NCBI GenBank assembly: GCA_963693365.1
Contig: CAVNZM010000001.1
Span: 9,812,907-9,876,906 of the forward strand
Source: Amoebidium appalachense
Lineage: Eukaryota > Protista > Ichthyosporea
DNA length: 64,000 nt
Reading direction: 5' to 3'
The notes below the pieces were generated by a model. The model ran no database searches. It worked only from the letters and a program-made list of their open reading frames with translations, and was not told the DNA's origin. Below are positions 50,143 through 61,775 of the stretch, in pieces. The position numbers and the translations under genes are program-made. Every line of letters begins with the position of its first letter. Positions within the stretch are counted from its first letter, which is position 1.

Positions 50143-53100
50143 TGTTGTAATACGTAGTATTTACATATGGTAAGATCTTCTCAGTTTGTGTTATGTTTCA
50201 GTTCATATGCTTAGTGTAAATGCCACACTCCTATTATGTAAAGTGTAGCATCGATCTCCGATATGCTTGTATACTTGTAATCGTGTTGTATCGGCTTTAA
50301 TCGTGTATTGTAATATCGATTAGAATATTTATATGTGTGTACACGGATCCACCCACTCAGGGAGAGACGTGTACATGTTCGTGTGTACATAAATATCTCT
50401 GGTTATAGTTATGCTATTACTATCTTGTTTGTTGATCTGTGCTCTCTTTTCCTTCCTCTTTCTCCTTCCTTATTTTCTTTTCTTTCTCTCCTTGTCTTCA
50501 TGTGTATAATCGTATTTCTTTTCTACTAATATATGTTAGGTAGATTTGTGTTACTTAATACGTGTTCATTGGACGGTAACACACTTAGGCTACACTTAGA
50601 ATAGCATGTGTGTTTAGACTTCATTAATTCACTTTAGTTTTCATGTGTTGCCGGGCTTTAACCAATCATCAAGGTTAAGTGTGATATGTCTGAGTCTTTG
50701 CAGTATGTCATAGGTTAGAACTTCCTTGATGATGACACGAGTTGATCCTAACTAGTGTCTGTGTCCTATCGTGTACGCCTCCGCGTACCGGATCTCTCTG
50801 AAAGCAATTGGTTCTTAGTGATTGGTTTCTATTAGAGATGGATCTGATTTCCGACTGGTCGGAAATCATGTATGGATTGGACTTAGAGGAATTTCAGGTA
50901 TTTATTCGAAGATCAGAATAAATTCAGTTCAGTCGTGTCTAAACATTGATGTCTGTTGTGTACACTGCTCCGATCGTTCCGTGTTTTGTTGTTGTGTGTG
51001 TCTGTGGTGTTTTCACACTGCACCACTGTGTCTCTGCTTACATCCTAAATACTTATAACATTTAACAGGTTATGGGCCCAGCACGCTTCCACTGCGCACA
51101 TCTAGAACTCGCGCTCGTTTTTCAATCATGGATCCAAACAAAACTGGCGTAAACAAAATCACCATGTGGAAAGGTGAAGGGAAGACTGGTCCCGATAGCA
51201 AAACTACCTATTTTCAATGGGAAATCATTTTTCTCGGCATGATGACCGGCACTAAAGGTGTCCGACTCGTGGATGTTGTCCTTGCTGACAACTACGTCCC
51301 CCCTACCACCGTCGCGGTTGACGGTGAACCCCCCTTCTATGGCTACGGCACTACCGCGGAACTCAAAGAGGCCCGCAATTGCCTCCTGCTCCATATGATA
51401 CAGAACATCGACCCTTCCGTCCTCACCACCGTTGCCCAGTACCGTATTGGCATGGACCCTGAACGGGCCATGTGGAAATTCCGTCAACACTATCTCCAAG
51501 GCAAACCCGATCAGATCCGCATCCTTCACCGTCAGTGGGATGCCTGTGCCCTTCAGCCCGGTGAATCATTCACCACCTACCTGAGCCGTCTGCAGACCAT
51601 CGTGAACCAGCTCCAGTCTCTCCAAGATGAGTCCATTCACTTCACTCGTCTAGCTGAGAAGTTCTTCAATGAACTCACCACCAGAGACGACCTCACCCCT
51701 GAGTTCAATCGTCTTATCGAAGACTATCACTTCGGTGATAAGCTATTCCCCGACTTCGAGTCCCTCCATAACCACGTCAAGGGCATCGAGTTACGTCAAG
51801 ACCTCAAGATGCAACTCCGGAACAACCGTGCCCACCGTGCCTCCAAGTCCAGCATGGCATTAAATGCCAGTGCTCCCCCCCGTGATCTTCCTCGCCGTGA
51901 CTTACGCACCCGACTTGACCGTACCTCTGGCACGGACCTCCGAACTCGTCTCTCCCGTCAGCACACCCGATCCCGTTCCCCCCACCGGCCTGCCTTCCGG
52001 TCCACGTCTCGTTCCCCCAGTCGTTCCCGTTTCTCGGGTTCCCGTCGTTCTGATTCCCCGGCTCGTTCTAACACCCCGTCCGTGAAAGAATGCTCCTACT
52101 GCCACGAGCCTGATCACACGATCATCGATTGCCCTGAGCCGAAATGCCGTATGTCCAGACACAACCGTTCCCGTCAAGGCAGTGAGAAATCTGTCTCCTT
52201 TGCTTTCTCGGCATACAATGCTAGCTCCGTCCCCGTGTCCTCCGACCCTGCCTGGGATTCCGGGTGCAACATGACTGTTTGCCCCACCCGTGAGTTCTTC
52301 CATGACCTCACTCCCCTTCCGACACCGACTCCCGTTGCTGCCTTCAATGGCACCCCCGTCTTGGCCACTCACACCGGCCATATCGTCATCAACACCACCA
52401 CCGACCATGGCACTACCACCCTAACCATTGAAGCCTACTACACCCCGTCTGGCCAAGCCTTCCTCATTTCAACATCCCAAGCTGCTGCCGAATACATCAA
52501 GGGTGATTTGAACGATGCCTCCACTCCGTCATTCCTCTTCGACCGACTCACCGGCCGTCATCTCGTCAACCTCCGTCTACACAACGGTCTGTATTACTTC
52601 AAGGACTACACCATTCAACCACCCACTCGTCCTGTGGCTCTGGCTGCCACTACCAGTGTTAACCCATCCATCTGGCACCATCGTCTGGGGCACCGAGCTA
52701 TGACCAGCATCAAGGACATGGTGAAACACGACCTTGTTATTGGTCTCCCCTCCTCTGTCCTCGCCTGTGATGTTCCTGATTGTCATGGCTGCATTATGGG
52801 TAAGACCACCAAGGCTCCGTTCAGGGGTGACCGTCCTCACTCCCACATCCCCGGTCATGAATGGCATTGGGATTTTTTTGAGCCTACCACAACATCGTAC
52901 GGAGGTTCCAAGGTTGCTCTCGTCACTGTCTGCCGTGCCTCTGGCCTCGTCAAGATCTACCCGATGGCCGACCGTACCACCACCCTGGATATTCTCACAG
53001 CTCACACCAACCTCGTTGCCACCCATGCCCCCTCCAAAGTTGGTGTTTACCACTTCGACTCCGGCTCTGAGTTCACCTCCAAGGATACCCGTGCTTTTTG

Positions 53101-56100
53101 CCTCTCCCAGGGCATCAAGGCCAGCTATGCTCCGGTGGACTGCCCTCAACTGAACGGCTATGTTGAACGACGTATGCGGTTCCTCCAAGAGATTGTCCGT
53201 TGCCTCCTCCATCAAGTCCAAGATCAGTCTCTGTCTCCCAAACTGTGGGCTGAGGCCCTCCAACATGCCGCCTACATCATCAACGTCACCCCGTCCACGA
53301 CTGCCAATGGTCGTACACCATTCGAGGTTTTCTACGGTGTCAAGCCCGACATCTCCGAGCTCAAAGTGTTCGGTTGCCCTGCCTACACTCACGTGCCAGC
53401 CTCTAAACGGAACAAGCTGGCCCCCACCGTCAAACTCGGCATGTATATCGGCTATGATCTTCAATCAAACTGCCACCGGATCTTCAATGCCACCACCCAT
53501 CGTGTCGGCCTCTTCCGTGATGTGATTTTCGACGAATCAGCTTATCTCCCGTCCGACATTCCATCAACCCTTCCGACCCCCGACACCACTGCTACCTCGA
53601 CCACCCCACCCCCCACAGTTGACACTGAAGATGATGTTTGTCTGGTGTACTCTGGCCCCCCTCCTGCCATCGTCGTTCCCCCGACACCCCCCCCCCACCG
53701 GCCCCCCTGCCCCCGTGCCCGTCCAGCCTGCCGACCCTCATCCTGGCCCTGGCAACGTCACACCCATCCGACCCGGCTCCCCCGACAACTTCCACTCGGC
53801 CCCGTCCAGCCCGGAGGTTGCCCCCCCTGCACTTCCGAACTTCCAAGTTCCCCCCCCACCGTCTCCACCTACCCCGGTTCCTGCACCCCGTCGTTCTGCC
53901 CGTCTCCAGGGCAAGGTTGGACTTCAAGCCACCACCACCCTGCCAGTCCCCCCCGGTCCCCCCATCAACATCGACCAACTACCCAAACTTGTCCGTCAAC
54001 TCTGTTCCGGACCCAATGGTGATCAGGTCAAGTCAGCCCTGACTGCTGAGTATCAAGCCTTCGTCGACAAAGACATCTTTGAACTTGTTGACCCTCCCCC
54101 TGGTGCTAACATCGTCGGCTTCAAGTGGATTGTCTCCGAGAAAACTCTCAACTCGGCTGGTGACACCAAGATCAAGGCACGTGGTGTTGCTCAAGGCTTC
54201 AGTCAGCAATACGGTGTTGACTATGAGTTGATTGAGAGCCCTGTCATCCGTCCGGCTGCTCTCCGTGCCATCCTAGCTCTGGCCGTTGTTGAAGGTCATG
54301 ACATACATCAACTCGACGTGTCTACGGCCTTTCTCAACAGCCCACTCCCCGAGACCATCTACATGAAACAACCCCCGGGATTCATCACCATGGCCACACT
54401 TGGCAAGGTCTGGAGACTCAAGAAAGCCCTGTACGGCCTCAAGCAAGCCTCCAAGGCTTGGTACGACTTCCTCGACGGCATTCTTCTTGCCCATGGCCTG
54501 ACCCGTACTAAGACCGACCCGTGCATCTACCTCCGGTTCTTCCCCAACAACGATGTGGTACGGGCTGGTAACTACGTCGATGACTCCACCATCACCAACA
54601 CCCGGGGTTCTACTGCTGCCAGTGACCTGGCTGCCCACATCAGCAAGATGGCCAGCTGTCGTATGAGTCCATTTGACCGTATGCTCGGTGTTGATTTTAA
54701 TCACTCTGATCCCCATCACCTCCACATGCACCAGAGGTCTTACATCATGGATATCATCCACGACTTCAACCTCACCGATGCCAAGTCCAAGTCTACCCCC
54801 ATCCCTGCAGGCACCACCGTCTCCCTGGCTGATTGCCCCCCCCAACCGTTCACCGTGCCCTACCGTGAGTTACTCGGCCGTCTCCTCTGGGTGGCACGGT
54901 GCACACGTCCCGACATTGCCTATGCCATCGGCTTCCTTGGTCGGTTCAGCACCAACCCCGGCAAGACTCACTGGGACCTTCTCCGTCGTGTGGCCCGGTA
55001 CCTGCTCGGCACCATTGACCTTGGCATTGACTACAAGTACTCGGCCACCCAGTCCCCCATACTCGAATGCTACACGGATGCTGACTTTGCTGGTTGTGCC
55101 GACAGCAAGAAGTCTACCACCGGCTACATTATCGTGTTTGCTGGTATGCCCGTCATCTGGTACTCCAAGCTCCAGCCCATCACGGCCACCAGCACCACTG
55201 AAGCTGAGCTGATTGCTCTCAATGCTGGCACCCAAGAAGTTGCTTGGGTCCGTGACCTCTTCAAGGAACTCGGCTGTCCCATGCTTGCTCCGACTCCGGT
55301 GTACTGTGACAACCAGTCGACCATTGCCATCGTCAACTCCACCGGCATCAAGCACCGTACCAAACACATTGCCGTCCGGTATCACAACACCAAGGACTAC
55401 ATTGCCAGTGGGGACGTGGTTGTCCACTACGTTGAGTCAGCCCACAACTTAGCTGACATACTCACCAAACCCCTCCCCGGCCCGAGTCATGTCCACCATC
55501 GTGCTCGACTTTGTTTACCGGATATTGTGGATTGACCCGACCTACTTCAAGAGTGATTTTCTCATGTGTACTACTTACTTTATCAACATCATTATATCAT
55601 ATGTATTGCCTTTGTGGGTATGCCCACTTAGGGTTTATATATAAGGTTTGACCTGTACCATCACTCTACTCTATCTTTCACTGGTTTAAAACCCAGTTAA
55701 TCAAACACCGCCTATACACGTTATATATATTCGTTGTTTTTGCCCCGGTTCCTTCCCCCCCCTCCCCCCCCCCCCCTTCCCCCCCTTCCCCCCCTTCCCC
55801 CCCCTCCCCCCCCCCCCCCCCTTCCCCCCCCCCCCCCCCCCCCCCCCCCGGAAAAGTACACACTTTAATTTTTTTTTTCCGTTTCTGTTCTCAAGTGGGG
55901 AGATTTCACTAGTTCAGTGGGGATATGATAACACAAACTTCAAAGTCTTAAGTGGGGATGTTGTAATACGTAGTATTTACATATGGTAAGATCTTCTCAG
56001 TTTGTGTTATGTTTCAGTTCATATGCTTAGTGTAAATGCCACACTCCTATTATGTAAAGTGTAGCATCGATCTCCGATATGCTTGTATACTTGTAATCGT

Positions 56101-56883
56101 GTTGTATCGGCTTTAATCGTGTATTGTAATATCGATTAGAATATTTATATGTGTGTACACGGATCCACCCACTCAGGGAGAGACGTGTACATGTTCGTGT
56201 GTACATAAATATCTCTGGTTATAGTTATGCTATTACTATCTTGTTTGTTGATCTGTGCTCTCTTTTCCTTCCTCTTTCTCCTTCCTTATTTTCTTTTCTT
56301 TCTCTCCTTGTCTTCATGTGTATAATCGTATTTCTTTTCTACTAATATATGTTAGGTAGATTTGTGTTACTTAATACGTGTTCATTGGACGGTAACACAC
56401 TTAGGCTACACTTAGAATAGCATGTGTGTTTAGACTTCATTAATTCACTTTAGTTTTCATGTGTTGCCGGGCTTTAACCAATCATCAAGGTTAAGTGTGA
56501 TATGTCTGAGTCTTTGCAGTATGTCATAGGTTAGAACTTCCTTGATGATGACACGAGTTGATCCTAACTAGTGTCTGTGTCCTATCGTGTACGCCTCCGC
56601 GTACCGGATCTCTCTGAAAGCAATTGGTTCTTAGTGATTGGTTTCTATTAGAGATGGATCTGATTTCCGACTGGTCGGAAATCATGTATGGATTGGACTT
56701 AGAGGAATTTCAGGTATTTATTCGAAGATCAGAATAAATTCAGTTCAGTCGTGTCTAAACATTGATGTCTGTTGTGTACACTGCTCCGATCGTTCCGTGT
56801 TTTGTTGTTGTGTGTGTCTGTGGTGTTTTCACACTGCACCACTGTGTCTCTGCTTACATCCTAAATACTTATAACATTTAACA
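50143..56883 (+). mobile_element. Full-length Ty1/Copia LTR retrotransposon
   Basis: 925-bp TG...CA LTRs (50143-51067, 55959-56883) with no difference seen; 5-bp TSD ATATC (50138-50142, 56884-56888); PBS GGTTATGGGCCCAG at 51068; PPT AAGTGGGGA. Confidence 0.98.
51128..55535 (+). CDS. Copia gag-pol polyprotein (one frameshift in the C-runs near 53690)
   Basis: CCHC knuckle CSYCHEPDHTIIDC; protease WDSGC; WHHRLGH...CHGC; integrase HWD, FDSGSEF, NGYVER; RT QLDVSTAFLN, LYGLKQA, YVDD; RNase H YTDADFAG, EAEL, CDNQ, NLADILTK. Confidence 0.97.
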
Positions 56884-57010
56884 ATATCCCCTCAGCGGTA
56901 TATCATGATCGCGTACATAGATGTCGGGTGATGACTATATATCAGGGTTTACTTTCTCTACCAGACACCTTAAAGACTACAAAGAGAAATCAATTAGTTG
57001 GGGTTCCCCC

Positions 57011-57410
57011 TTTTTTTTTTTTTTTTTTTTTTTTTCGAAACATGGACGAAGAAAAACTTTATGAAGAGTGAGCAAATTGGCAGGATGAATATTAGAGATA
57101 TTTGAGAATATTCCTTGATAGATATGTACTAACTAAGGGACCACGCGCACGAGAAATGCGCGAAGTCAAAAGGCGCTTAAACCAGATACCCTTAGAGGTG
57201 AAAGGAAAAAAACTTTCCGGAATAGCCAAGGCATCCGATCCATGACTACCCCGGTTGAAGTTAGCTTAGAGGGCCATTGCCATAGTTCTGCACCCAGGCG
57301 AGTCAGTTGATTCAGGGCATCCGATCCCCAATGCGCTACATCCCGGGATTCGAACCAGGTGCCTCCTGCGTCAGAGGTGAGGAGCTTACCCGCTCGGCCA
57401 CAATGGCTCC
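57011..57410 (-). mobile_element. tRNA-derived SINE (~400 bp) with probable poly(A) tail
   Basis: The - strand head GGAGCCATTGTGGCCGAGCGGGTAAG...CCTGGTTCGAATCCCGGG has Pol III A-box and B-box at tRNA spacing but no proper acceptor stem. The body ends in A25 (57035-57011). No TSD found. Confidence 0.7.
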
Positions 57411-58393
57411 TCACAAATATACTATATATTTTTTATGTTTTTTTTAATTGGAAGTCGATAGCAAGCATTAATCCAGAATTATCGCGCAACCTAGAATGAC
57501 CCCTAACGCGACCACCTTCACACGTACAGACGGAATCTGAAAATTTCCGTTGCGAACATCGCCCCGTACGTGTAGCAATGACCGTGAAAGTAGCATGTTT
57601 GGGACCTTTTTTTTTTAGGTTGTAAAGAATACAGAACTGTGAAAAGCGCTCAGTTTGTAGATTTGTATGAGTTTGTTATGTTTTTTCAGCTCTCTAGTAT
57701 TGTTTTCTGTAAAAAAAAAAAAACGTCCAACCTGGGTACCCATTTGGCAGTCGGAATGGGTGCCTGAAATTTTCCATTCCATGATTTTTTTCGTAATGTG
57801 CTTTCTTTATCACAACTAGTGCGGGTAAGCCTAATGATTGGGCGTTCGAAGATGAGTCAAAATACCTGAAATGCCATTAGGGCATGTGTCCGCCTTGAGC
57901 CCGGCCGCGGCCCCTGGAATTGAATTCGAAAACGTGTGGCGTGAACTGACGCATAGTTTAGAATATAGAAAAGAGACACCTTTTTGTTTTAAACCCTGTT
58001 ATAACCTCACAATACAAAACTACTGGATGGTGCTATAGTCCTAGGTGTTCCACTCGATCACTAGGTACAGTAACTGATGATCATCGATGCATGATCGATA
58101 CCGCCAGTCGATGAGTCAATGCACACGCGTAGCTACACTGAGTACTGCACCTATTTTCTATTCTCAACCCACTTCACTCGGACTCACTGGAGACGGTAAA
58201 AAATAAAAAAAAAAGACAGGCAATGCACGAGTGGGTTCCAGGGGCACCCCCCACCAACTACACCAATTTTCATAGGTGAAGGAGTAAGGGTTCTCCGTTT
58301 ATTCAGGATAACATGTATTAACCCATAATCGCCTGGATCCAATTTACTAGACTCCGTATTTGGCGATCGCCAAAGTACCGAATCTAAGCTTAA

Positions 58394-59378
58394 GGGCCTG
58401 TTTGGCAACGCGGAGTTACTAACTCCGGCGTAGACCATATACGCCGGGTATCAAATCAGTATCCAGATTCTGATTTGTAATCCGGATTTAGGTCAAAACC
58501 TGGCGTAGATAATAACCGCTCGTGCCAAACAGACAACACTTTTTTCAGCTGCAGCTTAGTTTATCAAGTCACATTGCGCAAGTTTTACGTTGATCGGAGT
58601 GCGCATACTTTGCACGTATATCGTACCTAGGACTCAGTACCATTTTTTTGTAGTGACTGTGCACTGTCACGTATGTATGTATTTGTATACACTGTAATGA
58701 TACCATTTGCATATATAACAACATCAACGTTTCCGGTTGCAAAACCACTATGTATTTAGCACGAAACATGGCCCTTTCGGCCGCAATTGCAGCAATTGCA
58801 TTCTTTGCTTCCCCCTACAGGCATCCTGTCGGTTCAGACAATCTTGACCGATGTGCAAAAGATTGTCTAATGGTAAAAAAAGGTTGCCTACAAGTTGGCC
58901 GCGAAGAGGAAGAATAGTTGAGGGGGGGCTTGTTTTTATACGACCTACCACACGTGACCGGCTGTGTGTGGCTGGTCGCAGCCTGCGCTCGGGCTGTCGC
59001 AGGCTCACCAGCAAGCTGGTCATGCCGGTGACAACGCACTTTCCGTTTGGCGTCTTTTCCACTTTAACTGTTTTTGGCTATATTGCACTGCCGCCAATTG
59101 GCCGAGAGAGAAATGTAAAAAGGTCTCACGACATGAATTTTCATTGGTTTAGACCTTCACACGGCGTTGAACATTTCGCGCATAATCCACCTCCGGAGGT
59201 GGATTATAGAAATTGGGAGTACAAGCGATGTCCAAGGGGTTTGAAACCCGGCGTACACAGGCCCAGATTGGGCCGTCTGTTTGGCATCGCGGATTTCAGA
59301 AAATCCGCTTTAGCCCTAACTCCAAAATCGATCTTACTCCGGAGTATGGCCGCTAACTCCGCGTTGCCAAACAGGCCC
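58394..59378. mobile_element. PIF/Harbinger MITE, 985 bp
   Basis: Perfect 25-bp TIR GGGCCTGTTTGGCAACGCGGAGTTA; TAA TSD at 58391-58393 and 59379-59381; no transposase. Confidence 0.95.
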
Positions 59379-60960
59379 TAATAGATCATCACATATTGGG
59401 TTGCCAATTTGCATATTGATTACCTTGCGAGCCATAGGAATATATGATTTTTGGGGGAGCCGCAGATGAATATGTGAATTTTGGTCGATTGCGGGGAATA
59501 CTCGATTGAAATTGGATGAAGATCTAATTGTGCATCCATGACCCATATCACCTCTGTTTTTCGCTAAGATTAGGGCTCCCGGTAATGCTCACGTGACGAA
59601 ACTGCAGAGGTAAGCTGGAAAAGCTTTGTTTTAGCTCCAAATTCCCTTTTGGCTAGGCAAACATAATTTTTTTTTTTTTTAGTTTATATATTACAGACAT
59701 GAATTTCTATTAGTACATCGGCGACGCCATGCACCCGACTGGTTTTATTCCACCAATCGATGCGCGGCTGTAGCGTAAGCCTTGATCATCTCAGATTATG
59801 GTGTGAAGTTTGAGCCAATCGATAGAGCCCGTGGTCATACAAATTGACAATGATAAATTGAAAGCCGACCCTATATACACCGATATTTTGGTGCTAATAA
59901 CGTTGTATCTATACAAAATAAAACAACAATATATTGTTTATGTATTATTGGAACCTTAAAGATATACTTCTTTGAACAAAAAATGATTAATTTAAATTTG
60001 CGTTTGGAGCAATGTTCATTACGTTTAGATTACGTCACATTCCAATGGGTGATAGCGATGCATTCCAAACATTAGATTGGCTTTTCTGGGAGCTTGCTTA
60101 TCAGTGCGAGATCAGCCGGCAAGCCGCGGCGGGTCAGCAAGAGCCAGCATAAAGCCGATCTGCGCATAGTAAAAAACCAATTTTTTCATATATGAAGTCT
60201 TTGTGGTCGCACGCTATCGCCAAACCAATGATATCATTGGAAAGAGCTAAGTTTTTGCGTTCTGGAGATATATGGTTATAGGGGGTTCTGATCGGCGATT
60301 CGGCAAATATTAGCGAAAAACTGAGATTGGCTCGTGGATCATGGCACATTAGGATGAATATGTGCATTTTGGTCTGTCGCCGAAAACAACATGGATACAC
60401 GAAGTTTAGGAACGGGCCGTGGAAATGGCACGAGGAAGGGCCGAGGGCAGGCCTGGTAGAAGGGTTTGGAGAGCGGGGTACAGTATGCGTATCATTCAGT
60501 CACAGCGCTGCAGCAGAGTCTCAGGCCTTCACAAAAAGGTCGCCGCGGCCGTACCAAGTCAGCTCCTTCAAGTCTGACGAACATTGGCAGCACGTTCTAT
60601 ATTAGTGCCGCCCACAACAGCACACAAGCCCGTAGGCTAGGTCTAGGGATAAAGCTAAAGCCCAGATCTAATAGAACGCTTTCACACGGGACCCCCTCAA
60701 GTAATTACGTACGGCAAAGAAAGACAAGTGGGCGCACTTTGCCGTACAAACCGTGAACAGACACTTGGGGCTGGGGAGACATGGTAGTGGGCAATGACAA
60801 AGTTTTGAACGAGCATACCTTGAAACCATGAGAATTCAACAACAGTTGTCAGCAGCTGGACCTCCGATTTTTTTGTGCTTTCTGAGCCCTTGCAAACGTC
60901 CCGTTTGTGGAGGGGCCAACTCAATTTCATGTTCGCCTTTCAACTAGTGGTGTAGGTAAC

Positions 60961-61703
60961 TGTTGTTTTGTACGGGTCTAAGGGAGCAGAGTGCACAGAG
61001 GTGTCATGTAAAAACACGACTAACACATTAATGAGAGGGCAATCGGAGTTGTTCACGAGACATTGAAAGATTTCAAACAACAACTGAATCTTTATTGTGC
61101 TCTCGGTTCCTTTTGTACTTGCGACTTATCACCTTATCACAACTAAAGAGGGAGAACCAATCGGTTCTATCAGAAGATAGAAAAACACATTCCGACAGAG
61201 CATACGCATTCCAACTTCCGATTAAACTAAAGTGTAGAAACTCTTACTTAAATAAATTAAGTAATTATACATCTAGTCACTATTAACTCACATATATATT
61301 TATGTTCGTCTCTATAAAGAAACTTATTTAAATACATATATTTCCTAACAGTCGACACTCTCAAAGTGAAGACACTTTGCAATAAACCGAATTCCATATA
61401 TATCTATTGTCCAATCACAACACACATATATTAACAGACAGGAATGCACAACACAATCTACAGATGTACTCGCTCGCGACTATTGGCGAGCCATCCTTTT
61501 GAGAACAAAACTAGGCCATTTTGAAATAAAGGAAAGACAACGAGTGAGGCTAGCCAATCACGCTACCTCTCAGATAAACAGAGGAGAGCAAATAGAAATA
61601 AAACACAATAAGTTCTTATCAGGCAAGAGAGCCAGGTGTGCACAGATCTACAGATATCTGTGCCCACAGAAACAAGGGAGAGAGAGATACGGGGGGGGGG
61701 GGG

Positions 61704-61775
<72 letters not shown>

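Noticed and set aside
51864-55452. Long alternative-frame and antisense ORFs over the Copia pol
   Set aside because: Expected shadows of strong third-position C bias; no independent domains.
35490-57010. The two inverted 200-bp copies as TIRs of one 21.5-kb element
   Set aside because: It would cross the right ends of three properly nested, TSD-bounded elements, and the flanks (A-run versus T-run) are not a direct TSD.
57335-57410. Functional tRNA gene
   Set aside because: A- and B-boxes are present, but the acceptor and anticodon stems do not pair properly and no T-run terminator follows; it fits a SINE head better.
60697-60930. Host gene start just downstream of the second Copia LTR
   Set aside because: An ATG and a possible GTATG donor exist, but no further in-phase exons or homology could be established.
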